This document shows, in pieces, positions 1 to 12,364 of a DNA stretch of 64,000 nucleotides. Every line of letters begins with the position of its first letter. The stretch's first letter is position 1. Both the position numbers and the translations under genes were made by a program. A model generated the notes under the pieces. It did not search any database. It was given only the letters and a program-made list of their open reading frames with translations, and was not told the origin of the DNA. The stretch comes from Balanoglossus misakiensis (lineage: Eukaryota > Animalia > Hemichordata), in assembly GCA_040954595.2 (NCBI GenBank), contig CM082596.2, forward strand, positions 8,569,124 to 8,633,123. Direction: 5' to 3'.

Positions 1-37
<37 letters not shown>

Positions 38-46
38 CACACACAC
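1..46. repeat. (AC)n microsatellite
   Basis: acacac... run at window start; another (CA)n at ~11623-11646. Confidence 0.95.
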
Positions 47-193
47 TGGAAAACTTAAACAACCCTGTAGCACCATGGTCATTACCCAATTTCACCAGAT
101 TTGCCAAAATATGATTGTTGAATATTTTGATGCTGTTGTTTGACCAATGTGTGTAACAACACATCTCAGTGATGAAACTCTTAATTTTTGTAG

Positions 194-685
194 ATTCATC
201 AGATGAACAAGATGAAATGGAAGATTTAATGCCCAGTCATTCAGAATCTGAGGTAAGTTCATTTACATTCAAACTTTCCCTTAAATGCTCTAATAATCAG
301 TATAAGGCTATAGTAAGTCAATTCTTTGTTTTGCATCTGATCAAAATTCTGAATGGTAGACGGCTAAGCGTTTATAAAACACTCAGAAAAAATAACTGTT
401 CTGTTTGGATTAAAGGGACAAAGTCTCTCTCTCAGTGCCCCTGTTTCCATTAATTATAGAGTGTTTGATGTTATTTTGTGTTATATTTGTATAATGAGAG
501 GTTCTTTTGACTGAAAATGAGCTGATGCAATGTCAAAAAGAGAAACTTTGTCTCTTAAACTGTGCACTGCTTTTTTTGGATATCAGGGTGAATGGGAAGA
601 ATTGTCTGACATGGAGGAAGATGTGGCTGATGAAGACATAGAGGGCGACAGACAGAGTGATGCTGACATGTCGAATGGTGACTGA
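194..685 (+). CDS. Last two coding exons (194-252, 587-685) of an unidentified gene with an acidic C-terminus; 5' part lies outside the window
   Basis: tag|ATTCATCAGAT...TCTGAG|gtaagt and tatcag|GGTGAATGG...GACTGA join in frame: (D)SSDEQDEMEDLMPSHSESE-GEWEELSDMEEDVADEDIEGDRQSDADMSNGD*. Confidence 0.6.
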
Positions 686-1825
686 GGGGAAAAGGATCTG
701 AAAGCAACTTTGAACAGCCCTGGCAAATATTATGAGTAAACTGTACTGAAGAGGGGGGAAAGAGGAGGGGGGGGGGGGGGTACAAATTCAGTGTATAAAG
801 TGATTGAGACGCATTTCAGAAACGAGAGGGCTACCCACAAGACAGCAATCAATATTTTTTCTTACTTAACACTGGCCACTTGATTAAAGAATTGCGAACA
901 GGTATCTTGACTTTATATGGTCATGTTTATTTGACTTGGTTTGAAAAGAGTTCATATCGTGCGAAATGTATAGTATCAAAATCATGGTTTTGTGATTAAC
1001 AAATAATTAACACATGATTGCAAAGGCAGTCTCAGGATCTGTTGCCTACCCAAAGATTTTGGTGGACATGACAGTAATGTTGATTAAGTGCTGAAATACA
1101 GTGACACAATTGTTCATGAGGAGTCTGGTCTGCATAGTGTTCATTTTGCAAATTGGTTTGGACGACGTACCCTATGTGTTTGGACCTCACATAGTTGCCT
1201 TCTGTTTGTAGAGAGAGCTAGAATTGTCAAGTTTTAGTGAGTTGTACCTTTTTCTTTCTCAGTTTTAGTTTTTTTAAAAACCTCTGAAACTGCCTGATTT
1301 CTTTTCAATTTCAATTAGAGGTTAACAGGGTTGTCCTCATTAAGATGTATTGAAATCATGACAACATTATCAATATTGTATTGTGGTAATTTTTGACTGC
1401 CTATTTGAGTGGGGGTGGGGGTGTAAAGAATTTTGTTCTCGGAAAGTATGGTCTAACTGCTTTGAGGCGATACCAAAGGATTCAGAGCATGTTTTGCTTG
1501 CTATCACTGGCAACATTCCAAACCATTCCAAAGATATCGCAATAGAACCCTTCAAAATAGCCTTTGCAAAAACCATTTTGTACTTGGACAGATGCTATTA
1601 ACCAAATCCATTCTAGGGGTTCTGAACTAGCATCTCTTGTTGACTTCTGAAATTTTGGAACCAAACATTGTTACAACTGAAAAAGTATAAGGTACCCTTG
1701 AATGTTCCAATTCTTATCAAATAGGAGTACATTGATGCTGTCATGTGACTAAGTCTCAGCCAATCACAAGTGAGAGATAATAAGCAAGATATTTATACGT
1801 TGACCCCACTGAAATTTCAGGTTAA

Positions 1826-1910
1826 CCCTTTCACCACCATGGTTTGGTCCAAATCCATTGTTTTCTGTGGTAAAGTGGGACCTCTACAGAAGGATCTGGG
1901 GGTGAAAAAG
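1826..1910. mobile_element. ~85-bp piggyBac-type MITE (TTAA-flanked)
   Basis: ttaa|CCCTTTCACC...GGTGAAAAAG|ttaa; family copies at ~12195-12280, ~18952-19035, ~20035-20122, ~31850-31934, 32141-32226. Confidence 0.7.
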
Positions 1911-2615
1911 TTAATGATATAGACTCCTTGTCAGCTGTTCTTTTTTTATGCAAAATAGCTCTTTATGTCACGTTGTGCATATTTTAGGGATGAATTACAC
2001 ACCAGCATTGTGTTGATAACATTTTTATCGCTATCATTTCATCAACCAAAATGTTCATATCTGAACTTTTGCAAAGCAGTTAAATTGGTTATTGATACCA
2101 TAGTAGGGCTAAATACAAATTTTATTCCTGATGTAAATAAACTTTGTACACTTGAATCCCAGGATTGATTGGAAACTGGGAATGTTTGTAAATAGGCTGG
2201 AGAATTGCTGACATTGCAGAATCTTGTTTTTGTAGTCTGTTTATCAAAACACGTGGGATCTGCAACACTGCTTCACCATCAGCTCATCACTCTCCCTGCT
2301 TTAGGGACATTGCCAGTTGTTTCCCCAATATATATTGGGACTTGGGACTCAGTGTGAAGTTTATTTATGCCAGGAATAATTGTTTATGGATTAACTTGGA
2401 AAGCAAATGTTTTAACAAATACACAACACAAGAAAGCGGTAAGCTTCTACAGCAGTCCAACCATATTTCATATTTTCATATCACAGACAAGCATACTAAA
2501 CATCACACGTGCATGCAGGCATAATATTTAGTGATCTGTCTGCTGTGAATGTCACATAGACATTGGCTCAATACCGACCATTCACACCATTCCATCAGTA
2601 TCTTTAGGCATTTAA

Positions 2616-2980
2616 AGGGACAAATTCTCTCTCTCGTTGCCCTTTTTCCATTAATTATATTTGATACAAGACACCGTTTATTTTATTCTACATGTGGATA
2701 TTTATTGAATCAACGTTCGGCCACACAAAAATTCCATCCCACTCCCAAACACAGGAGTGAAAACCTGGCCAAAATAAATAATCGGTCTCTACCATTTATT
2801 CATTTTGACGCGAATTTTAAATCTCATATTCTACAAGTGGGATGGAAGATGAGAGTGGTTAAATGTTCATTCACTACATATACACATGTACATTAACATA
2901 AATGGTGTCTTGTATCAAACATAATTAATGGAACAAGGGCAGCCAGAGAGAGATTTTGTCCCTAGAGAGATTTTGTCCCT
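2616..2980. mobile_element. Kolobok-type palindromic MITE (~350 bp, TTAA TSD)
   Basis: ttaa|AGGGACAAA(T/G)TCTCTCTCTCG...AGAGATTTTGTCCCT|ttaa; long internal inverted repeat; about 8 copies in the window. Confidence 0.8.
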
Positions 2981-4648
2981 TTAATCTCAAACTACACATC
3001 CAAAGTGTTCATAAAGAGAGATTGTTCACTGAACACAAGTCCACCCCCAAGTAAATGTAGAGGTTCATTTGTTCCCATCGAGATGTGCCAAAAATCACTC
3101 ATGGCAAAATAACTTGGAGTCTTTTGTTTTTAATGTATAAAAGGAAATCTAGTACAGTTTGCTTTTTAATAAAAAGACGTTCCATAAGACGTGTCTAAAA
3201 GTTTTCTTTCCAGACGGAGATGATACCAACCAGTGTTCTGTCTATTATGGTTTCAGATATGTGATATGTGTGTGTGTGTGTTGGTGTGTATTGCTAATTC
3301 TCTTTGAAAATGGTTTCCCCAATGACTTGCATCCACCCTTATGGAGACTGCACCACTGTCTAATATAAAAAGTCCTCTGATTTCAAACCCGCAAAGTCTA
3401 CAACTTTTGCGTTAAGGGGGGGGGGGGGGGGTACTAGCTTACTGGTAGGTTGGTCGGCTATGGCTGGAGATAACATTTGGACTGAGAAAAGGAAAGGAAC
3501 TCCAAAATACAGAGCATAATTCAGACTTCACATTGAATCTCAGGAATTCGTTCTCAGTTACAGCAGAGGTGTCTTCCCTAGACCTCAATTATTAGTATAC
3601 ACCTTGTATACCTTCCATAAAATCATATGTTTCCAAAGATTATGTGATACAACCTTCATAGGCTTGCAACCGAAACAGTTTCAGTGATTGGATCCATTTT
3701 TTCCCAGGCTACTTCAAATTATCCCTACATATATTATATTTCTGCCCTATCCATACATACACTACAAATAATACGAGTTGATAGTGAGCTTACCACCCAA
3801 GTTAACTGCTTTGGTGCTTTAGATTTTGTTGGACACAAACATTGAGAAGATAGTATACATGTATTGATAAAACACTTCTCTTCACACCCTAGACAATACT
3901 TGGTTAGGCATACACCCTCTAGCTGATGATGGCACCTCTGATTTACATATGATATGCATACGATATGGTATATGTCTAGTGTCACTTTTTTATGTGCGCC
4001 TCCCACTGAAATGGCTGTATTTCAGTTCTTATTCTTCGAACGACCGCTTGGTGGCGCACTTGATAGATCGTAACTCTTCAAGGTAAAATTTGTTTAGGTG
4101 ACGGTATACTGTCTATCATGTCTGTTTTATAGTGTAGAGCTTTGGCACTGAAGATAATTTTGGCTTGTTAAAAAAAACTTCCCCGACAACTTCTCCTGGC
4201 CCAGGTTGGCGTTCACTCGCGACGCGACGATTGCCGCAGCGCGCGCGTACTCACGGAACTGGCGCTCATAGGTACACGCTTGTCCATTCCCGAAGGAGTC
4301 AATTTCGTTCAAATTTGGATGTTTTCGGGGCTGGGGACGCGAATTAAGAAATGGAAAAAAAGGTTGACGATTTTTCCAATGAACGGTAAAATATAAATAG
4401 CACAGCTTTGGAAATCGTCACCAGCAAAAAGCACGTGTATAATTATGTTCTTATCAAGTTCTATTTATGAATCGTTCCATACATCCAAAATTCTTAACGC
4501 CTTGCGCGAACATAGCGGACCCGAAGAACCACGAGATTTGACATAATTGTCGTACCGATCCTGGTAACTGCCGCGCCATTGCTATATGTTTAAAGATGTA
4601 CCATAGACCCTGGAGAAACTGATCGATGTACGAATATTTTCAAAATAC

Positions 4649-7388
4649 ATGTACCATATAATGCGTATACTCAGAATAGTATTTCTGCTGGTTCTCATTC
4701 AACGCAAAGCGGGTACGTATCTGAAAGTATGATTGTCAAAATATTATTTATTTTATCGTCTATCCACTTTACCCACTTTTAACTTTTGGCCATTTTCAGT
4801 TTTTTTTTTTTCTGTTCTGCGTATCCATACAGTTTCTAGTTCAAGTTCCTGAGAACTACCTCGTTGTCGGTTTACACATGAAACGAAAGCTTACGTGTGC
4901 TCTGACAAGCGAACGTAATTTATTTCAATCCCGAAATAGTCTTTCTTGGAGTTTTAAACTTATTTTGATATAAACAAGTCTGCTGATATCACGGACATAT
5001 TTATGTTTAAGAGATGACAAAACAAAACATATGACCGATTTCCAGAAATTTATAATCGAAATCATCATGTGAGCTTATTATTGTCTTTATCAAGTAGCAC
5101 AGTATAGGCCTAGTAACCAGAATGGACAACAGCAGCCAGCAGTTGCACAAGCTCCAGTGAGCGGTCCTGTCTACGGGGAGTGGTCGCCCTGCACTCAAAC
5201 GTGTGGCGAGAGTTACAGAACCAGAAGTTACTTACCATGTAGTATAGGAACGTGTAGTGAACGACAAGGGTGTACAGTTCCTGCATGTGGTGAGTTTTTC
5301 CCAAGTGAACCAGTGCACGGATGATGGCGAATCGGGCGCTATAATTCATCACTATTTACAATAGTCGATATTGTCTTCAGCTGGTAAACGAATTTATACA
5401 TGTATATCCAGGGGAGAGGGGTGCTCTCATAGAAAGGTATACCGGAATGATCCCTAAAAATGTTGCAGACCAATGAATTAAAAAAAAAAAATTATGTGTC
5501 CCCATCATACTTTTCAGAGGGTTTTTACTTTCAAATATGGTGTACAATGCTGACTCAGCATTTTTCTTAATCTCACCATGCTGTACGTAGTTTCTCTATG
5601 GTAGAAATAATATTAAAATGGCGTTTTCTTGTAACTAAATACATACAAGGCTATGAGATTTCACGATAAATCCATATTTTCATTTGAAAATTTGTGGGAT
5701 TTTAGCTGAAATACATTTGTGACTGATTATGGCCATTTCCCCATCAAAACACAGGCTATGGACTTGTATTATGAAGATTCTTTATATTCAAGAGAATGGA
5801 TGAAACATTTTTGATGGGAGATAATTTGCATATTACTTTGCATACTATTTGCATTTACTTTGCATTCTATTTGCATGTACTTCATAATACATGTACATGT
5901 ACATACTGCAGTAGTGGGTTCAAAGCTGATTGTATATTTCTTAGGGGGGGGGGGGGGCACTGGGGGAAATTATTAATCATCCTACACTGCACTCATGTTT
6001 TCAACATACCAAAAAGGTGACAGAATAAATTTATCCTTTCCAGGAATGACCAAGATTTTCAAAGAAAACTCCAATGTGAAAATTCCCTGCCATCCGGAAC
6101 TTCAGGGGCCGACTACACGGTCCGAGTGGTTGCTGTACAATTCTCAGAGCCACAGTTGGCAGACGGTGATTCCTAAGAAGGGCGAGAAGTTACTGGACAG
6201 AAAGGGCAACCTGATGCTTATAAGGGTGACTGCCAAAGATGAAGGCACTTACCGCTGTAATATGAAGAACCAACAGGGAGTGACCATTGCGGAGGCTGTT
6301 TGGCACTTTAAAGGTATACGGTCACCTATGGAAAATTAGCTATAGTTACCATGGCGAATTGATATCTAGCCAATCACAGATTTTCAGTGGGTGGCACACG
6401 CGAAAAAAAAGAGCAGCACCATATGTTCTTTAGAACGCTCAAATACGCCATTTCAGCCATATATGGGCGTATGTAAATTGGAGGTGACCGTGTACATATC
6501 ACAAATCTGTTTATGAGATACCCAGATTATGGCAGATTACAACCAGGTTCGCGTCACAGAATACTGTCAAAATACTGCCAGCTACATATCCTTCTCCCTT
6601 CTACTACTGTACATGGGTTCTAACACGCCCATAATCTTTGTGCACTTTCTTCCAGTTGAAGGCAAAATCAATTACACAGCTGTAGGTGGTGGTGGTGGTG
6701 CTGTGGCCTTTCTGCTGATTGCTCCACTTGCTATTTGGATTATATGCAGAGTACGTAAAAAGTAAGTCAATTTTTTTTTTCAAATTAAAAATTAAAATGA
6801 TTTGTTTTACCTTTCTATGTCACATCAAGTGATGTACAACATGTAATTATGCAAATGTTGATACAAAAACTACCATTTTAATTATCAAGGTGATAACAGC
6901 TGGTTCTAAAATTTTAATGCAAGTGTAAGGAAGAACATCCAATGCATTTGCATCAGTTTGTCATCTCTTGGCGACGCATACCACAATAGCTGCATACTGT
7001 TTGTATGGAGGCTGATTAAATCGGTGTGGCACCATTTTAATACATAGCATTTTCAAAACGCTACATACAGCCACAATCGGGCATCGATAAGGTGTTCATG
7101 TGTACCTATCAGTAAGCTTATTTAGATGGACCAATTTAAGTTGGAAAATAAAATCATGAAAATAATGCAAAAAGTGGCAGCTATAGAGGCTTTAATGAGA
7201 AGCACTGAATTCTTGGTCATTTTGTAACAAATTATTTCAACCTTTTTACCCCATTTAGACGACAGGATTCTGAATACGTCACAAAGAGCAGAACACGCAA
7301 AGGGCACACGGACGATGATTACGATGATGAATATGGCAGAGATTTGGCAGATGAATACAGTGACTATGATTACGACAATGATTACTGA
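4649..7388 (+). CDS. Single-pass membrane protein: signal peptide, TSP1 repeat, Ig domain, TM, acidic Tyr-rich tail (TMEM81-like architecture); exons 4649-4712, 5098-5289, 6044-6313, 6656-6761, 7259-7388
   Basis: GT-AG junctions with compatible phases (1,1,1,2). MYHIMRILRIVFLLVLIQRKA; WSPCTQTCGESYRTR...CTVPAC (TSP1); VKIPC...W...LMLIRVTAKDEGTYRC (Ig); AVAFLLIAPLAIWIIC-RVRKK (TM and stop-transfer); tail ...DDDYDDEYGRDLADEYSDYDYDNDY*. Confidence 0.8.
6044..6313 (+). CDS. Ig-domain exon of the TSP1-Ig-TM gene
   Basis: ORF 5995-6339 holds the C...W...DxGxYxC Ig signature; ttccag acceptor, AAAG|gtatac donor. Confidence 0.85.
6312..6495. mobile_element. Kolobok-type MITE (TIR AGGTATACGGTCACC) at the Ig exon donor; inverted copy at ~15935-16112
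   Basis: ttaa|AGGTATACGGTCACC...GGTGACCGTGTAC; interior matches the reverse complement of 15935-16112. Confidence 0.7.
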
Positions 7389-7432
7389 TTATAAAATCAA
7401 CAAAGACAGACAAATTGGTGTGTTTTTACCTA

Positions 7433-7641
7433 CTGTAAAAAGGGTTATTTTCGCGAGGCAATAAATTTTTGCGAAATACGCGAGAGCCAAAAAAACGTGA
7501 AAATAAAAAAGTTGCGTACATTTTTTCGGAGATAACGATGCAGTAAATGAAATAAGAGAATGCAAAAATTAACCCTTGCATAACAGTTGCCTCTTTTGAT
7601 ATTGTGAAAATTTCACATCGCGAAAATAACCCGTTTTACAG
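7433..7641. mobile_element. TA-flanked MITE (CTGTAAAA...TTTTACAG), Tc1/mariner-like
   Basis: ta|CTGTAAAAAGGGTTATTTTCGCG...CGCGAAAATAACCCGTTTTACAG|ta; second copy 7813-8018; fragment ~18560-18630. Confidence 0.7.
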
Positions 7642-7812
7642 TATACCCTACAAGAACCTGGATATCCATGTACATTTGTACACTGACTTTGATCTTTTTT
7701 AAAGTTTGATGTAAAATTGTAAACTAAAATCTTGTTTTGTTAATAATTGGGTGAACTGAAATATGATGTAGAGATGCAGTGGGAATTTTATCCTTCTCAT
7801 GTCGTTTACTAA

Positions 7813-8018
7813 CTGTAAAACATTTTATTTTCGCAAGCAATCAATTTTCGCGAAATACGCGCGAGCCAAAGTAGCCTGAAAATAAAAAGTCGCGTCAATT
7901 TTTTTTAAAGATAACAATGCAGTGAATGAAATATGAAAACGCGAAAATTAATACTCGCGAAACAGTGGCCTCTCTCGATATCGCAAAAATATCAACTCAC
8001 GAAAATAGTGTTTTACAG
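7813..8018. mobile_element. Second copy of the TA-flanked MITE
   Basis: CTGTAAAACATTTTATTTTCGC...GAAAATAGTGTTTTACAG|ta; similar to 7433-7641 throughout. Confidence 0.65.
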
Positions 8019-10644
8019 TACTGTATTCTTTTATCTAAGCCGATTCCCACTGCTGTCTCATTTCAAACATGTTCTTACTTCAGAGAACAACATGATTATG
8101 CTCTCTTATGACACGTTATGTAATCCTGTTTTATATAATTTCCTGCAGATTAATTTATGTATAGTTAAATTATGCAGTGACTGAGTCGGATCTTGATTAA
8201 AAAGATTGGTTAAAAGTACTCTTATAAAAATAAAGCCAATCCATGTTCCTGATACTGTGTATATTTGTTTGTCGCCCTATAACTAACAAAAGACCATCAC
8301 CATCTGTGAATACAGACCCAATTTTTAATTTTTCTGTGGAAACAGGCAGATAATCCAAGCATGTTCCTCCCACATCTTTCTCCGTGTGCAGTAGCCCTTT
8401 TTGACTAGGGGCTCTGGTTATGGCTTCTCTCAACTTGGCAGTGGGTGCTGATGGTTTGATGATGTTGTTCCCAGAAAGACAGCTTCAACCAACCACCACC
8501 CGAATCTGCTACAGAGTATAATCACTGCAGCTACGGTCCGCCGAGATGTGCTAGAGGTTTTGCCTTGGTTTACATGTAAGCGTCTATGTACATGTAACAC
8601 ACAAACCAAGGCAAAACCTCGATCGAGCAACTGAACTGCAGCTAGTCCTGGGCAGCTGGTCTTTCGGAAAAAAAATAATTGAGTAACCTTATATCGAAAG
8701 TAAAGGTCGTTTATTACATCATCCAAGATAAAAGAACAGCTTTCCCGGAAAGCAAAACACCGATTACCAAGAATCACAACGTGGCTACGACATTGTTTAC
8801 AACATTGTTTGTTTTGACCAGCTGGTTTATTATTATTCATGTATTCATTGAAGCAGTACACAGCACTGTTTCGAAAAAGAGACGTTTGAAGTTATTTACT
8901 CGGAAAAAAATACATACGGCAGTAACGCAGTTATCCGATGCACAATGTAGAGGATCGTCAAACTTGTGCAACTTGGTGATTACCAGATTTGGGGGAACAA
9001 ATTTTCTCTTCAACATCACGCGTCCAGAAGCTGAAGACCTGTCATTCGGACATGCGTACGCCGAATTTCTTCAACTGCATTATGGGTGATTGGGTCGAAC
9101 TATTCAAAGTGAGGATATAACGCCCTTCGTGTTTTAAAAAGTCAAATCCATTGGAATACTTATCGTGATTTACAGCAACAATTCTGACATAAAATAAAGA
9201 AAATTTCAAATTTATTTACACGAATCAATGTAACTCTTCTAATATTTCAAACAAACTATCAATTACATGTGCAACAAAACTAGTCACCTACTCAGAGTAA
9301 ATGGTATGAACTACACATGTGATCAGTAACCAATCAGCGGTTAGGACCCCCCATAGCAAGTTGTTGTTCCCCCACACACAAGCAGAATCTCCAAGTTGGG
9401 AAATCTTCCTATATGGCTGTGAAAATTCCGCAGAAATAACCCAAGATCGTCGTCAGGGACAGTCCTATTGTTGACTATAGATAGAAAAGAAATAGAAGTC
9501 TCGGTGGTCAAAATATTTAGAGCTTCGTTACAATGGTAAGTACACAATCAGCGTCTTTCTACCATGGCGATGGGCTCAGACCTAATTTGGAATAGTCTCT
9601 GATCGTGTCAATGTATCAGCTGGTACCAATTTCCCTGTCATGTTCTGTTCAATTTTCCTTCAACGTGTCGACATTTATGAATATTATATTCACGCCATGG
9701 TGAAAAATTATTCTGTTCGGTATGTTACTACTTTGGATTCGTACCCTCGTTTGAAATTCGATGATGACTGGGTTTATCCGTTTGAATATCGTTGCATCGA
9801 AATAGATTGAGTTGAGGGATGTGCCATCCATGGTGGTTTCAAAAATATGTAGCAGTTTATTTGCTGTCTATCTGTCCAGTTTACCAGTATTCGATTTAGT
9901 AATCTGAACATTTCAAGCAAAGGATGTGCATTAATATACTTTGTTTGTTTACCGAAACAATTCATTGAATTGTCAAGACTGTTAGAAACCAAGGCTGTTC
10001 AAATTAGGGCATCTGCATACACTCAGAATCAAAGTAGACTGAAAAAATGTCATTTGTTTTCTCCCTCTGTGATATATATGGAACATTTTTTCAAGCAACT
10101 ATCAGGTGTAATTTTTCATATGATTGACACAAATTTGTGTGGCAAAGCATATTCCTTTCTTTTTACATAACATGAGGTGCAACACACACATTTACAGAGC
10201 GGAACCTCAAAACATTATGAATTGCCAGATGACTAAACGTTCATCATCAGAGTGATGAAGTTAGCCACCGGTCAAGTGCTTCCAAATGATGTTCCAGTAT
10301 ATTGCCATTATTGTATACTGTCGATTTTTGCCAAGTAATATCGTACAATCTTCAAGCACAGCATTCAATGAAATTAATTGCAATTTGCTGGGAGTTTTTT
10401 TTTTTGCATACAAGGTTGTGAATTCATGGGGGTATTGGGTTAAGGCTTTTCCAGGTCAGTTTTGCATCCTGATGAATTTGGTGTAATCCCAAAGATTTTT
10501 GACAACACAAATGTAGCTTCAACCTGAACCAAGGATATAAGCCTTAAAGGCCAGCTCGCCCTTGACTGTAACCTCTCATACAATGTGACCTGAGTCATCA
10601 CTTCAAGGGAAGGTCAAATTTCTCTGCTTAGGGACCTTTCCAAA

Positions 10645-11457
10645 GGTAACAGGTCGTTTCGGCACCGCGGAGTTTCGGCCCCAGTCACTTCGGCACCCAA
10701 TTTTGACGACCCCGGTCTGTTCGGCCCCGACACCCCAGTCGTTTCGGTACTTATCTGTAATGGCCCAACTAAACTTGGCTCTAGGTCCCCCGGGTATATA
10801 CCCGTATTAAAAGGGTATCATCAGGCGCCACAGTCTTTCAGATAAGTAACAAGTTGAATTAGTTCTCGCTTCCTGTACAGTATCATTTTAATGTAGCTAA
10901 TGAAATAGGTAAACATCATCTAATGGTTCTGCGTGCATAAATTATAGTCCCGACGCGTGCCAAGTTTGTGGCCTAGGTTACAGCACGTACATTTAAAGCA
11001 ATATGTTATACGAAATTTTTATTTCTTCCAAACGAATACAAGTTTAACTTAAAGTGAGAAAACTAAACAGCATTGCAACCGGGTAGAATGGCATATAGTG
11101 TGGCGCGACTCAGTGCTTTGTCGGCGCGACCTGCTTTGTGGAGCTATACAGTACAGATGACCGATAAAGATGTATTTGCATAATGACCGATAAAACATGC
11201 CATAGATTGTGTTAATCGCTGCTATGAATTTGCATTTTCCTAGTCCCGTCTGCTTGAATTTTACTTTTGCTAGGGTTACCACTATTACTTTTATAACAGT
11301 CTCAGGAAAAATACATACGTTTTATTCAATTTTACTTAAGGCTACTGATAAGTGCCGAAACGACTGGGGTGTCGGGGCCGTACAGACCGGGGTCGTGGAA
11401 ATTGGGTGCCGAAGTGACTGGGGCCGAAACTCCGCGGTGCCGAAACGACTCGAAAGC
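10645..11457. mobile_element. Non-autonomous DNA transposon with ~100-bp subterminal inverted repeats and 8(-9)-bp TSD (Zisupton- or MULE-like)
   Basis: TTTCCAAA at 10637-10644 and 11458-11465; GTCGTTTCGGCACCGCGG... at 10653 mirrored by ...CCGCGGTGCCGAAACGAC ending 11449; outermost bases not inverted. Confidence 0.75.
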
Positions 11458-12364
11458 TTTCCAAATATTACTTGAGAAAAATCAGTCAACAGTGTTTTAT
11501 CTAGATGGGGGAGGGGGATTGCAGGGTTGCCCCTTAAAATGATGTCACAGAATGGAAATCCCCCCAAATATTCTGGCAAAGGGGGCATAACTGTATCCCC
11601 CTTGTTGATGTCATCCTGGATGCACACACACACACACACACACACATAAATTGTATGCGGTTTAACTGGGCTAATACAAAGTGCTCAGTATTAAGAAGAG
11701 CTGACTATTAAGTAAGGGTAGTTGAACTTCCCTTAGTTTATAGTCCGCTCTTCTTAGTACTGAACTAAGTTGGAGAACGATAGGAGGTATAATCTCTACA
11801 ACGTCGTTTCAAAACGTTGTACAGATTATACTGGCTATCGTTTCTCTGGCTACCCTTTCTTCATACAAATACATTCCAGTGTATCATCACAACATGAATA
11901 TCGTGGAGGTGAAATTTCATCTCCTGATTGAAGTCCATGAGTACTCTTCAGAAAGAAAACAAGTGAAAAATTTGTTGATGGAAACATGATGTTGATCAGA
12001 CTGCAGTGCAGGCTCATTGAGTCATAATAATGGTCATTTAACAGTCATTCCAGAATCAACTTCGTTCAAACTGGGGCAAAGACATTGTACTTCAGTGAAT
12101 GAGTTTAAAATTGAAACCTTTATATACTTGAAGCTCCAATAATTCCAACTTTGAGCAATTTTTGTTTCGGGTATCAACTGTGGTTTCTTGTTCTACCCTT
12201 TACCACCATGGTTCAGTCCAAACCTATTGTTTCCTGTGCTAAGGTTGGACCCCTAAATAGGGAACTGGGGATGAAAGGTATAAGTTTCTGGTTAAGACAT
12301 CCAGAAAGCTTGAAATTATGTAGTACAGAGAACTAAAATATGACTATTTCTGTCCTCATTACAG

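Noticed and set aside
8197-9992. Cluster of 60-143 aa ORFs and a minus-strand acceptor at 9184 opening ~47 codons (9183-9042)
   Set aside because: No recognisable domain and no consistent exon chain could be built; may be promoter/UTR or a decayed gene; needs BLASTX/RNA-seq
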